Source of the DNA: the human T2T-CHM13v2.0 reference genome, Homo sapiens
NCBI RefSeq assembly: GCF_009914755.1
Contig: NC_060925.1
Direction: 5' to 3' (one strand)
Length of the DNA stretch: 64,000 nucleotides
Positions 1 through 14,990 of this stretch are shown one piece after another. The notes below the pieces were generated by a model, which saw only the letters and a program-made list of their open reading frames with translations, was not told the DNA's origin and did not search any database. The first letter of the stretch is position 1; each line of letters opens with the position of its first letter. The position numbers were made by a program, and so were the translations under genes.

Positions 1-528
1 GCTCTGAGGCCACTTGAGATCACCTGATTTGGGAACATCCAGAGCAGGATGTCTGGCTGTCTTCATGGGAGAATTTAGAATTTAGAGTGAGAAAGAGGGA
101 GTCTGAGTTCCCCAAAACATGTGTGCCAATTGTGCCACACAAAGGGATTGGGGACTTTTAACCAGAAAGGATAGGAGAGGGTCTTCCTCCCTTCTGGGTA
201 AGGCAGCCAAAGTCTTTCACCCTCTGGCCTTCAGGCTACACCAAGGTGTGGGCCTGGCCAGTTGTGATCAATTGCCAGAGGGATGCTAGAGTTTGTCTGC
301 TGGAAGGCAGGAAAGGAAAGCAAACTCTGAACTCTTACCTGATCAGGCAGTGGTGGTCAGACATCTTTTCACAGGGACTTTCTGGTCTGCCGAGGAGTGG
401 CCCCGGCTGGGGACCTTCAGCTGTCTCGGTGCTTGGATGCTGTCACCAAGAGGTCAGAGTTGGAGGACAGGAAAGGGAGTGAGTAGGGGAAGAGGTCCCC
501 GAACAGTCCCTGTACGGGCCACCAAAAC
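1..528 (-). mobile_element. ERV1 proviral leader/internal sequence running off the left edge, with tRNA-Ile primer binding site at 507-524
   Basis: The + strand 507-524 TCCCTGTACGGGCCACCA matches the 3' end of human tRNA-Ile(AAT) (TCCCCGTACGGGCCACCA) at 17/18, immediately downstream (on -) of an LTR. Confidence 0.75.
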
Positions 529-844
529 ATCACAGGTGTGACTATCTGGGGCTGGGCTGGTGTCGCAGGTGGTAAAGGAATTTACCAAGATAGTTGTAGG
601 TAAAGAAAGGCAGATTTATTAGAGAAAATATGAAAATACATTGCAAGATTGCAACAGGTAGCACAGCAGAGAAGGGCTGTCTGCAAAAAGGCAGGGGCTG
701 GAGGGAAGTTTTATAGGGTTGTGCTAGAGGGGGCTGCACATAGAGGTCATCTCTCAGAACAGTTGTTCATTGTTCTTCCCCACCTGGGGCCCTTCCCCAC
801 CCGAGGCCCCTTCCTCATTGTTGCTTACTTATCAGGACTCCACA
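529..844 (-). mobile_element. ERV1 5' LTR (MER61-like)
   Basis: On - strand it starts TGTGGAGTCCTGATAAG, contains TATAAAA (709-715) and AATAAA (615-620), and ends just before the PBS. Family name is from recalled consensus. Confidence 0.7.
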
Positions 845-892
845 ACATTTTCATATTCTTGAGGCAAGATTCTGTCCATGAAGAGAGGAAAG

Positions 893-2120
893 GATAAAGA
901 AAATGCAGTATATATACATAATGGAATGCTCTTCAGCCTTAAAAATTCATGAAATCATGTCATTACAGCAACATGTATGGACGAGGTAGGAAAAATGCCC
1001 CAGAGAATCCACACCAAAGTTTCCTCCTCAGCATCTGCGCCCACAGACAGGAGCTGTTTCTTCCCCGGGATGTTGCCCCAGGTCCTCCTGAAGCTGCCAT
1101 GGTGCTCCCTCAGGAGGGTCCTGAAGGAACTGGAGCTCTTCTCCTCCTCACAGGCTGAATAGTATTTCTTTGTGTATAAGTACTACATTTTCTTTATCCA
1201 TTCATCTGTTGATGGACACTTAGGTTGCTTCTATACGCTGTTGTGAATAATGCTGCTTGTGAATAATGCTGCAATAAACATGGGAGCACAGATGTCTCTT
1301 GCACATACTGATTTCATTTCATTTGGATATATACCCAGTAGTGGATTTGTGGCAACATGGATGAACCTGGAGGACACTATGCTAAGTGGAATAAGCCAGA
1401 TACAGAAAGACAAACATGATTTCAATCATGTATGGAATCTAAAAAAGTTTATCTCACAGAAGTAGAGAATAGAATAGTGGTTACCAGAGGCTGAGGAGGG
1501 GAAAGGGAATGGGGGCATAGGAAGCAATTAGTCAAAAAGTACAAAGTGACAGTTAGAAGGAGTAAGTTCTGGTGTTCTAGTCACAGTAGGGTGACCATGG
1601 TTAACAATATTGTATATTTCAAAAAAGCTAGAAGAGAGAATTTTGAATGTTCTCACCACAAAGAAATGATAAATGTGGCCGGGCGCGGCGGCTCACGGCT
1701 GTAATCCCAGCCCTTTGGGAGGCTAAAGTGGGCAGATCACTTGAGGTCAGGAGTTCAAGACCAGCCTGGCCAACATGGTGAAACCCCATCTCTACTAAAA
1801 ATACAAAAATTAGTAGTGGTGGTGGGCACCTGTAATCCCAGCTACTTGGGAGGCTGAGGCATGATCATCACATGAACCTGGAGGCAGCAGTTGCAGTGAG
1901 CTGAGATGGGGCCACTGCACTCCAGCATGGGCAACAGAGTGACACTCCATCTCAAAAAAAAAGAAAAAGAGAAAAGAAAGAAAGAAATGATAAATGAGGT
2001 GATGGGTATGCTAATATCCTGATTTGATTTGTTGATTTTTACACAACGTATACATTTATCGAAACATCACACTGTGCCCCATAAATATGTAAAATTATTA
2101 TGTGTCAATTAAAAACATTT
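893..2120. mobile_element. Rearranged L1M 3' fragments (sense 893-975, antisense 1154-1348, sense 1349-2120), interrupted by an Alu
   Basis: L1 3' motifs: gataaagaaaatg..tatatac..aatggaat; catggatgaacctggaggacactatgctaagtg; tgtgtcaattaaaaa. Confidence 0.75.
1677..1985 (+). mobile_element. AluS
   Basis: Full dimer with A-tail and target-site duplication (TSD) aaagaaatgataaatg on both sides. Confidence 0.95.
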
Positions 2121-2184
2121 TAAAATGTCTGCCCTTTATTTTTTAAATTATATATAATACATATATATATAAAGCTATAACATA

Positions 2185-2430
2185 TATATATTTCAACACC
2201 TTTTGGGATACAAGTGGTTTTCTGTTATATGGATGAATTATATAGTGGTGAAATCTGAGGTTTTAGTGCACCTGTCACCAGAGTAGTATACATTGTACTC
2301 AATACGTAGTTTTTTTATTCCTCACTCCCCTTCCACTTTCCCTGCTTCTGAGTCTCCGATGTCCATTATACCACTCTGTAGGCCTTTGCGTACCCATAGC
2401 TTAGTTCCCACTTATAAGTGAGAATATACT
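2185..2430 (-). mobile_element. L1 (L1PB/MA-type) 3' end
   Basis: cccatagcttagttcccacttataagtgagaa motif, AT-rich tail, flanking ctgcccttt duplication. Confidence 0.75.
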
Positions 2431-3186
2431 GCCCTTTTCTTTACATGTACTTTCTTTGGAGAGATTGTTGGAATTCTCAGAGCAAGAGAATCCTCAGCTT
2501 CAGTTATCATCTCTATGAAGAGGAATCTAAGAAAGAGTGTATGTAAGGAAAAAGGCAAAAGCTAGAGGAATGTCTGTATTTAGCAGTGGGAAGATGAAGA
2601 GCAGTCAATGGGAAATGGTCAGAGTGGTAGAGAGAAAAACAATGAAGATAAGGCAGTATAAAAGAAGATGAAGAAAGAGTAGTCATTGCATCAAAAACTT
2701 CAGAGAAACCGGGAAGGGTGAGAACAAAGACTAGAAAAAGCTATTAGATTTGTTGACTCACATGCTTTTATTTTTCTTCACGAAGTATTTCAGTAACATT
2801 ATGGAAGCAAAAGCCATATTATAAAAGTTTATTTGTTAGTGAAATTACAGATTACAGATTCCTTTTCCAAGAAATTTAATTGTAAGGGAAAAGACACAGT
2901 ACATTGCAGCTTGAAGTGGTACTGGGGGCAGGTACCATCAGAAATACATCAGAAATAACCAACTTATATTTACTAATGGAGAAGAAGAGGCCACTGGGAG
3001 AGTAGGATTGAAAATGCAAATTGAGGAAGAAATAATGGTGGGGTGATACCCTGCAAATGTGGGACAATCAGTGTTTGAGACTATAGGAGATGAGTTCTAG
3101 CAAGATGATTAGAGGATCCTTTCTTGGGGAAAAGAGGGAAGGAAGTAAAAGAGATTTTGAAAATAGAGAAGTTAAGAAAACTCCTA

Positions 3187-3654
<468 letters not shown>

Positions 3655-4666
3655 CTATGAAGATCCAGGCTAGAACAGTGATTTTTAACTACTCCTTTAA
3701 ATCAAGGACTGTCTTAGACCGTTTTTTGTCCTGTATGATACTTTGTATCGAACAAGCACACACTAAATATTGTTGAATTGATGCTAATTTTTTAAAGTTT
3801 GCTTTTGAATGAGAGGAAAAGACAAGAGAAAAAAAGAAAACAAGGAAAGTGAAAGCAGGAGAGTGTTTCAGCTTTCCCAGGGCATGGGAATCTCAGAAGC
3901 ACTTTGCTTGTTTAATGACCTTTACCAAGTCACCTTTTCAATACTGGCTTCATTTCCCAGGCAAAACAGGGGAAATAATCTCTGCCTCCTTATTGTCTTC
4001 CAAGAATATCATAAGCTCTTAGTAAAATAATATTTGCATACTCTTGGTTGCCTTATAGACAAGAAAATATTTAGTTTCCTCATTTTTATAGATTTGCTTC
4101 TCTTCTCTAGGCTGTTTATTATTATAGATTGGTTAGCAAAAGTTTGGCCTGTTGACATTGATTTCTAGACAATAGAAGGGGAAATAAGAATATGAGCAAT
4201 GAAAATTTGTGACAAAAATAAAACAGAAAAATGAAAGGAGAGGATGTTTGTTACTTTCAACCTACCAGTCAATATCATTGTCTTTAAATATCTCTTGGAA
4301 TTTCATGCAATTATTCTACCTCATCAGTACACTTGAAGTTGCATTTTAATTTCATGATCAATTTCCAGGAGACAGTTTCTCTTTGTATTTTACTCATAAA
4401 GTATAAATAAGCAAAATGATTCTTTTTAAAAGTTAACCAAACAATAGCTTTCTAAATATCATCCATGGCTTGCCAAGTCACCTGTCCAAGTTTCCCTATG
4501 CTGAGGTAGATCACATGTGTATTTTTGATCATTAATAAGAAGCCACCCCTTTTCTCCTCAGCCAAGGCTAGAGGCCAAGATCAGCCCTCAGGGATCATCA
4601 TCAGGACTGCCATGAGCTGAGCTGCCTTGTTTTCCTGCCGCAAACATGTGAAAAGAAAGAAAAAAG

Positions 4667-4667
4667 A

Positions 4668-4702
<35 letters not shown>

Positions 4703-4708
4703 TAATAA
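4667..4708. repeat. (AAT)n microsatellite
   Basis: Directly visible. Confidence 0.9.
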
Positions 4709-4936
4709 GGCAGTTTTCCTTCTGGCTCTGGGTTTGTTGTTATTTTGTGTAAGACCAATCCCTCCCCACTTTTAAAGGGAATTATTTAACCAAAAAACTC
4801 CCTAGCATCTTTTCTGTGACTCTGAATTCATAATATTGGTTATAATGTATGCTTTAATGTTAGGCAGGTCCAAGTCTGAAGTATCGATTATAAAATTAAC
4901 TGTAGGAAATCTGGCCGCAGCCCCAGTGATAGTCAC

Positions 4937-5303
4937 TGTATTAGTTTGTTCTCACATTGCTATGAGGAACTACCTGAGACTGGGTAATTTATAAATAAAA
5001 GAAGTTTAATTGACTCATGGTTCCACAGGCTGTACAGAAAGCATGGCCGGGAGGCCTCAGGAAACTTACAATAATGGCACAAGGGCAAAGGGGAAGCAAA
5101 CATGTCTTCAGGAGGAAAAGAGTGAAGCAGGGAGTGCCACACACTTTTAAACCATCGGATCTTGTGAGAACTCACTGCCATGAGAATAGCAAGAGGAAAA
5201 TCTGCTCTCAAGATCCAGTCACCTCCCACCAGGTCCCTCCCCCAACACTGGGAATTACAGTTCAACATGGGATTTGGAAGGGACACAGAGCCAAACGGTA
5301 TCA
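4937..5303 (-). mobile_element. MSTA-type MaLR solo LTR
   Basis: tgtattagtttgttctcac...gagccaaacggtatca, with 5-bp TSD gtcac/gccac. Confidence 0.85.
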
Positions 5304-5464
5304 GCCACCCTTATGCAATAATTTTAAAGGAAGCTTTTTGGCAATTGCTGTGCCATCATTTTTTCCCTAATCCTTTATAAATAGAGCAATAGCTAATTGT
5401 CCAACTATTTTTTAAAATGTCATGATAGAAAATTTTAAAATGTACTTGGGTTTAGAATCATTTT

Positions 5465-5697
<233 letters not shown>

Positions 5698-6729
5698 TGA
5701 ATATACATGTCAGAGTTTACATTTTTAAAGTTTTCTTTTTTAAAATGGGTGCACAAGTTTTTTGAGTCTGCATTAGATTTCAGGGTTCCGGCCTGACACA
5801 GGGTTCCAGAGATGCAGCTGAAACATGTGCTGAGTCAGCGTCAGCATCCATGTGCATAACGACATTTCCCCATCTGCTCTGTGGTTGCTGTTGCCATATG
5901 CCCTTGATTTTCCTGGCTCCTCTTAATTTCAGTTATTGTAAATTTTTTTGGTTCCATAACTTATGTTAAAAATAGATTCTAATTCTCTGGTGAATTTCTA
6001 TATCTTTTTGTCTATTTTCTTGAACATTTTAGTCAGTCCTTGTTTGCTAATCTAATACACTGATTACCTGTGGGTTACTTTCTATTGTCTATTTTTTCTC
6101 GGCTTTTGATCATATGACTCTGTCTTTTAGCATAATAAGTTTGGATATTTCTTCAGTATTAAATACTGAGTATAAAATATTGAGTATAAAATAATTCAGC
6201 ATTAGTTTGAGTATTCAGCATTGCAGTTTCCCTTTATTAGAGTTGAGAATGTTTTTATGTTCTCAATTTTTACTCTTTTATAAGCAGAGGAGATTCTACA
6301 TCCTCTGCTGACATTCATTTGAAGCATTAAAACAAAATCCATGAAAAGTTGGTCTCAGTCATAGTTATGCTTCACTGAGTTAAAACGACATCACAAATCA
6401 CAGAGGCTCCATTATATTTCCTTGCCTTAGGTGCTATAGTCACAAGTGGTATATGAGTAGTTATTTAGAAGGAATGGAATGATGTCAGCAAAATACCTTA
6501 AACAGATACATTTCAGACTTTCTTCACATGGTGAAAAATTGAAGAGAAACAACAAGTCTTTTGCTCACAAGATTTTTAAAAAAACATAGTTTCCCTAAGA
6601 ACCAAACTGGCCTTTCTAATTTATTCTTTACATGATTACAGAGTCAAGGTAGAACACAAAGTATGAGAATATAAATTCTTATGATCATGAGGAATCATTC
6701 ATGGATCTTCTATTGTGTGAGAGGAATTG

Positions 6730-7427
<698 letters not shown>

Positions 7428-7449
7428 GGCTCTGTGCATAATTAACATA

Positions 7450-7950
7450 TAAATGTACCAAGAACCCTTTTGGCAATCTGGTGAAATTAATGGACCACTT
7501 AGAATGTTTCCAGATATATCAAAATAAAATACACAGAATTACAGAGTAATCCCATGATATTGAAATAATGTTATCACATATTTTAAAGGTAAAATTTGTG
7601 AAATATTAATATCTATGCTTTTTAACTTATTAAATAACAAAATCTAATGGCAGGCCTAATGTTTGTCATAATTTTGAATTAGTAATGAGCATAAACTATT
7701 TCAAGACAGTTATGTTTGTAAGGTAGGACAATCTTAGTGATTTGTATTGGTAACAAAATCGCAGGTACAGCTAGTACTACTGAGGATTTCGATTTTTTGA
7801 GGAGGGCAACATTTATAATAAAAGAAATACTGACTTTCTGTTAGAAGTGAATGGAAATAAAGATGTCATTTGTTCCCCATCCAAGTTCACAGACCTTCTG
7901 AATTCTCTCCATGATTCCTCAAGGCTCCCTAGGTTTGGAACTCCTACTTT
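7450..7950. mobile_element. hAT-Charlie-type DNA transposon fossil
   Basis: gaaccctttggcaatctggtgaa...ccatccaagttcacagacc...aggtttggaactcct resembles Charlie/MER119-type elements. Confidence 0.45.
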
Positions 7951-8419
7951 AAGTATTTCATCCTTTTCCACAAGGTGTGGACAACTTTGAGAATACTGGG
8001 AAGTTCTCAGCAAAGAACAATGACTTCTGCACCTGTAGGGCCCAGGCATGAAAGATCTTACTTGCTGGCAGGGTTGCACTTCCTGACTAGAATGCAGGTG
8101 TTCTGCTTGCTAGTCTGCATATAGCCCTGCTTGCCCAGTACCCTTGCACCATTCCTGAGAACCTTGGGGTTGGATTGACATTTAAAAATCATCTGGTACA
8201 ATCAACATATCCTTCCCCGAAAAAAATGGTTGAGTTTTTGCCATGAGGCAGGCCCTGAGCTATACATGTTACCGCACCTGACTGTCACAGCAACTCCATG
8301 AGGTAGATGTTATTCTTCCCAGTTTACATAGACTCATTTGTTCATTCAGAAAGAAAAATATGTTTTATCTATTGTGTATCCATTACTAAGGTAGGTGTGT
8401 GGTTTAAAATTCAGACATA

Positions 8420-8727
8420 GGCCAGTCACGATGGCTGACGCCTGTAATCTTAGCACTTTGAGAGTCTGATTTGGGCAGATCGCTTGAGCCCAAGAGTTTG
8501 AGACCAGTGTGGGCAACATGGTGAAACTCCATCTTTCCAAAACAAACAAACAAAAAAAAACCCTAAAGACACAAAAATTAGCCAGGCATGGTGGCATGCG
8601 TCTGTAGTCCTGGCTACTCAGGAGGCTGCAGCAGAAGGATCACTGGAGCCTGGGAGGTCAAGGCTACAAGAAAGGTGAGACCACGCCACTGCACTCCAGC
8701 CTCGCTGATAGAGTGAGAGCCTATTTC

Positions 8728-8768
<41 letters not shown>

Positions 8769-8772
8769 TAAA
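8420..8772 (+). mobile_element. AluJ with (AAT)n tail, inserted in an L2 remnant
   Basis: Alu dimer; the tail has converted to an AAT repeat. Confidence 0.9.
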
Positions 8773-9084
8773 GAATAAAATATAGACATAGCTGCTGTCC
8801 TAATAGACTTCATATTCTAGTAGGACAGACAAAAATATATAAATTATATAATTACAAATTGTGATAAGTCTTTTAAAAAGAACAAACAAGCTGTTGAGAC
8901 TGAGATTCATGGGGGACCTATTTAAAAGAATAGGATTGTCAAGGGAGATATCTCTGAGGAAGTAACATTTACGCTGAAACTAGAAGTATGAAAAGAAACC
9001 AATCATGCAAAAAGCAAGAGTGTCCCAGGCAGAAAGGACAGCAAGAGCAAAGCCTGTTAGGCAGGAAAGAGTTTGGTATTTTAA

Positions 9085-10625
9085 AAAAATGTATTATTTT
9101 AAAAAGTGTGGTAAAAAACATCACAAACAATTTACCATCTTAAGCCGGGCTCAGTGGTACACACCTGTAATCCCAGCACTTTGGGAGGCAGAGGAGAGAT
9201 GATCGCTTGAGGCCAGGAGTTGAAGACTAGCCTGGCCAACATGGTGAAACCCAGTCTCTACCAAAACAATACAAAAAATTAGCTGGGCGTGGTGGCACAC
9301 CCCTGTAGTCCCAGCTACTTGGGAGGCCGAAGCATAAGAATTACTTCAACCCAGGAGGTGAAGGTTTCAGTGAGCCAAGATTGCACCACTGCACTCCAGC
9401 CTGGGCGACAGAGTGAGACTCCATCTCAAACAAAACAAAACAAAAAAAACAATTTACCATCTTAACCATTTCTAAGTGTACAGTTCAGTGGTGTTAACTA
9501 CATTCACATTGTTGTGCAATAGATGTCTAGAACTTCCTTGTCTTACAATTCTGAAATCTATACCTATTGAAAAACAACTCCTCATTCCTGGCCCCCAAGC
9601 CCTTGGCAACTACAATTCTACTTTCTGCTTCTATCATTTGACTACTTTAGATACCTCATGTAAGTGGAATCTTTCAGTATTTATCTTTTCTGTGACTGGT
9701 TTATGTCACTTAGCATAATGTCCTCAAGGTTTATCCATATTGTATCATGTGACTGGATTTCTCTCTTTTTTAAGCAGAATAATATTCCACTGCACGTATA
9801 TACCACATTGTTTATCCATTCATCTGTCAATGGACATTTGGGTTGCTTCTAGCTCTTGGCTATTGTGAATAATGCTGCAATGAACATGGGTATGTGAATA
9901 TCTTTTCAAGAGTCTGCTTTAAATTATTTTGAATATATACCCAGTGGTGGGTTTGCCAGATCATGTGGTAATTCTCTTTTTAAATTTTGAGGAACTTCCA
10001 TACTGTTTTCCACAGTAACTGCATTATTTTATATTCCTACCAATAGTTCACAGGGTTCCAGTTTCTCCACATCCTCAATACTTGTTTTCTGTTTTTTTTT
10101 TTTTGATGGCCATTCTAATGGGTGTGAGATGCTATCTCATTTTTTTTAATTTGCATTTCTTTAATGATTAGTGATGTTGAACACCTTTTCATATGCTGTT
10201 GGCTATTTGTATATCTTCTTTGGAGAAATGTCAAGTCCTTTGCCCTTTATAAAAATTTGCTGTTGTTGTTGTTGTTGCTTGTGTTTGTGTATTCTAGATA
10301 TTAACAACTTATCAGATATATGATTTGTAAGTATTTTCTTCCATCCCATAGGTTGCCTTTTCACTCTGCTGATTGTTTCCTTTGATGCACAGGAGATTTT
10401 AAGTTTAATGTAGTCCCATTTGTCTATTTTTGCTTTTGTTACCTATACTTTTGGTGTCGTAGCCAAAAAGTCATTACCAAATCTAATGTTTTGAAGCTTT
10501 CCCCCTAAGTTTTCCTCTAGAAGCTTCACAGTGTTATCGTTTTTAGTTAGTTTTTGTATATGGTGTAGGGTAAGGGTCCAACTTCATTCTTTTGCATGCA
10601 GATATCCAGTTTTCCCAACACCAAG
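9085..10625 (-). mobile_element. L1M (MB-type) 3' region, interrupted by an Alu
   Basis: Typical antisense L1 3' sequence, e.g. tttatccattcatctgtcaatggacatttgggttgc; gatatccagttttcccaacacca. Confidence 0.85.
9143..9448 (+). mobile_element. AluS
   Basis: Dimer with TSD aaacaatttaccatcttaa. Confidence 0.93.
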
Positions 10626-10809
10626 GGAATTGGCATTTTTGAGAAGGAAGGGGCAGGTTAGTGTGTCTGGAGCTTGGTGAACAAGGAGAATGATAGAAGA
10701 TAAAGTTGGATCATGAAAGGGTATGCTAAGATTCTAGATTTCTTTCTCAATGCATTGGGAAGCTACCGGAGAGTGACATGGACAGATTTATACTTTTAAA
10801 TGATCATTG

Positions 10810-11320
10810 TGTTCCTCAAAAAGTTAAACATAGAATTACCATGTGATCCAGCAGTTCTACTCCTATATATTCTAAATAACTAAAAACACACTTTTCACAC
10901 AAATTCTTGTACATTAATGTTCATAGCAAGACTACTCATAATAGCCAAATAGTGGAAACAACCCAAACTCCCTCTATGGATAAATAGATATACCACATTT
11001 ATCTACACAATGGAATATTATCAGTCATAAAATGGAATATATATATACTGTTGTATGCTATGACAAAGATGAACCTTGAAAACATTATACTAAGTAGAAG
11101 AAGTCAGACACAAAAGACCACATAATATATAATTCTGTTCATGCGAAACATCCAGAATAGGCACATCTATTAAAGACAGAAAATAGGTAAGCAGTTTCAA
11201 CAGGAAGGAGGGGAAAATAGGACTAATTGCTAAGAGGTAGGGATGATGGAAATGTTCTGGAATTAGACAGTGGTAATGATTGCACAGCATTGTGAATGTA
11301 CTAGAAAACACAAAAGTGCA
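10810..11320 (+). mobile_element. L1ME/MC 3' fragment
   Basis: aagttaaacatagaattaccatgtgatccagcag...gatgaaccttgaaaacattatactaagt. Confidence 0.75.
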
Positions 11321-11324
11321 TACT

Positions 11325-11650
11325 TTTTTATTTTTTATGTTTTGAGACAGGGTCTCACTCTGTCACCCAGGCTGGAGTGTAGCGGTACAATCACAGCTCA
11401 CTGCAGTTTTGAGCCACTCCCACCCCCAACCCTGCCAGCCCCAGGCTCTGGTGATTCTCCCACCTCAACTTCCCAAGTAGCTGGGATCATATGCATACAC
11501 CATCATGCCCTGCTAATTTTTAAATTGTTTTGTAGAGACAGGGTCTCCCTATGTTACCCAGGCTGGTTTTGAACTCCTGGCTTCAAGTAATCCTCCTGCT
11601 TCAGCCTCCCAAAGATCTGGGATTACAGGTGTGAGCCACCATGCCTGCCC
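11325..11650 (-). mobile_element. AluJ
   Basis: Antisense Alu dimer. Confidence 0.9.
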
Positions 11651-13048
11651 AGTGTACACTTTTAGATGGTGAATTTTATGTGAAGCATATCTCAGTTCAA
11701 AAAATCTTATTAAAAAAAAATCAGCCCAGCATGGTAGCTCATGTCTAGATCATTCTGATTCCAAATCCCAACCTTAACTTCTGTGCTATATAGTTTCTAG
11801 CTAAGGGTTCCCTCTTCTGTCAGCTGTCTTCAGAAATATACCATATTCTCTGAGGACATTTCTCTTTTGAGTCTTCAAACACCAGAGCTTACATGATGAA
11901 CTGTTTAAAATTTTTTAAAAATTAAAAAAATGAAAAACATCAGAGCTGCTGCTTGGATGAAATTTTGACACGTGGAAATTTTTTTTCTACTGTATGTCAG
12001 CAGTGAGGATGAAGATATACTATTCAAAGATGAGATGAATTAAGAACAGTAAAATGTTTTGGCACCATAATTTGTGATTCTTCTTAGGAAAAGGTCATTC
12101 GTGCAGCCCCATGGCAAGAAAACAGTTTTAGTTTTAGAGAAGTATTACATACTATAACTTTTTTGTTGGACTAAAGGGAGTTTTGTTTTTCTGGTTTCTT
12201 TGAGGACTCTGGATCTGAACGTTAAAAAATCCTCTGGGTGGAGTACTCAAGTGAATTTTATTTATTAAATGCTGTTTTAAAATCCATTCCCTTAGTGGTA
12301 GAAAAATATTGTTATGGGCTGAGGACAGAGAGCATCTATAAAAATGGGATACATGAGATGGTCATGGGTTAGAGTGCTAGAGTGTAGGAGAAAAACAAAA
12401 TGTTTTTCAAGTTTTTCTTTTCCTGCAAAGAAACTGAAGTTTGGAATAAAATTATGAAGAAAACAGTCTAATAGCTTACCCTTGTGGTTTTTCCCAGTAT
12501 CCAGGCTGTAGAAAACAAAGACAGTCAAAAGGAGGCTTTGTGAGCCCCCTCATATAGGGGTCAAATGTATTCATGCACAGCCTGTTAACCTTGGCATCAT
12601 TCCTTCATCTCCCCAGTCTTGCAGCTTTCAAAATGTTATTGCCTACTGGCCCCAAAGGCAAACAACTTGCAATGTATAATATGCCCTATATTAATGCCTT
12701 GCAGTCCATGCATATGAGGAAACCAATCCATCAACAGACGCCCTTAGTGACAGAGTAGGAAACTACTGCACAAAGAAAATCCTGGGAATCAAATACAATA
12801 CCAGAGGCAGTCACGGCTCAATTCGCTCAGTCATATATAACTTTTTTTTTTCACTTACTTGTAATCAATTGGAATTTTGCCTTAATTATATATGTATAGG
12901 TATATATATTTAAGAAAGCAGTGTGTAATCATCTATGTTGAAACGAATTTGTTAATCTTGTACAAGGCTGGCACATTCACCCAAAGGGATTCTCTGCCAA
13001 TGTGAAAATTAACTCTGTAGCTCTGAGCCTCTCCTTCCCATGGATTCA

Positions 13049-13460
<412 letters not shown>

Positions 13461-14284
13461 TTAGGAATCCAATATCAGCTTGATAGTCACTTTTCAGGTC
13501 AACAATATCGTCAAGAAAAGTGTTGACACTCAGCTAATAAAATGGCAGAATGTTACCCTAGGATGTTATTGTGTCTGCCTTCTATTATCCCAAGATACAG
13601 GAGAACATTCATTTTTAAACTTCTCAAATGTGGAAAACAAACCCATTTGCTAAGATGATTTCCAATTTGAAATAGTTTCCAGCATTATATGAGCCACTCC
13701 CTGTACACCAAAGAGACATTCCCTTTACTTAATTTTATATCCCACTCGTGAAACATTTTCATGTGTTGGACCTACCAACTCCAACTGGATACCACTGACA
13801 GGAAGTGAGAAGGGTATGAGCCCTGGGGTAGGCATGCAGGGTGGGGAGACTGGCTTTTAGCTCTGGCTCTGGTTTTTACTGGAGTGATAACCTCTAAATT
13901 CTTTTCTAGCAACAGTTCTACAAATAATACCCCTTTCTCCTTCCCCGTTTCTTTCTACAGACTATTTCTTCAGTCATCCAGAGGCCGATGTAGGAGTCAT
14001 TTATGAGTCCCTCAGTCTTTTATTCCCCCTATTCAATCAGTCATCAAGTGCCTCAGTCTTTCCTGAGAACATCTCTCAGATCAGGTCTTTCTGTCATGAC
14101 TCTGCTTCTCTGTTGACTTCCTGTGGCCTGACAGGCTGAAGCTAAATATGTGGAATAGAAGACTCCTCAAAACCTGCCCTTTACCTCAGCCTCTAGTTGT
14201 ATCTTCTGCTGCTTTCTCCCCACTGTGACCTTCTGCCCCAACCACACATACTCTCTCTCTCTCTTTCTCTCTTCTGTTTATGTT

Positions 14285-14990
14285 CCGTATTAGTTTCCTA
14301 TCACTACTGTAACAAATTACCAAAAACTAGTACTATATGCAATACAAATTTATTATCTTACAGTTGGATCAGTCAGAAGTCTGACAAGTCTCAATAAATT
14401 AAAATCAAGGTGTCAATAGGGCCGTATTTCTTCTGGAGGCTCTACAGGAGAATTCATTTCTTTTCCTTTTCCAGGTTCTAGAGGTCACCGCCTTTCCTTG
14501 GTTCATGGCTGCTTTCCTTCATCTTCAAAGCCAGAAACATTGGGCCAAGCCCTTCTGTCTCTCCCTCTTCTACTTTAAAAGACCCTTGTGGCCCAGCCTG
14601 GCCAACATGGTGAGACTACTAAAAATACAAAAATCAGCTGGGTGTGTGCACGCCTGTAATCCGTAGCTACTCAAGAGGCTGAGGCAGGAGAATTGCTTGA
14701 ACCTGGGAGGCGGAGGTTGCAGTGAGCCAAGATCGTGCCACTGCACTCCAGACTGGGCAACAGAGTAAGACTCCGTCTCAAAAAAAAAAAAAAAAAAAAA
14801 GAAAGAAAATGAAAAAGGACCCTGTGATTACATTGAGCTCAGTTAGATAATCTTGCTATGTCAGCTGATTAGCATCCTTAATTGCATCTACAACCTTAAT
14901 TCTTCTTTGCCTTGTAACCTGTTACCTTCACAGTTTCGGTTCAGGGGATTAGGAGGTAGACATCTTTAGGGGAGCATTATTTTGCCTCTC
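14285..14990. mobile_element. MLT1 MaLR LTR interrupted by a 5'-truncated Alu (14592-14815, +)
   Basis: tattagtttcctatcactactgtaacaaattacc...gacatctttaggggagcattatt; Alu TSD aaaa(g)gaccc(t)tgtg. Confidence 0.75.

Noticed and set aside
6165-6222. Short tandem duplications (tgagtataaaata x2; attcagcatt x2); also gtacacagctt x2 near 48988
   Set aside because: Ordinary slippage duplications within old repeats.
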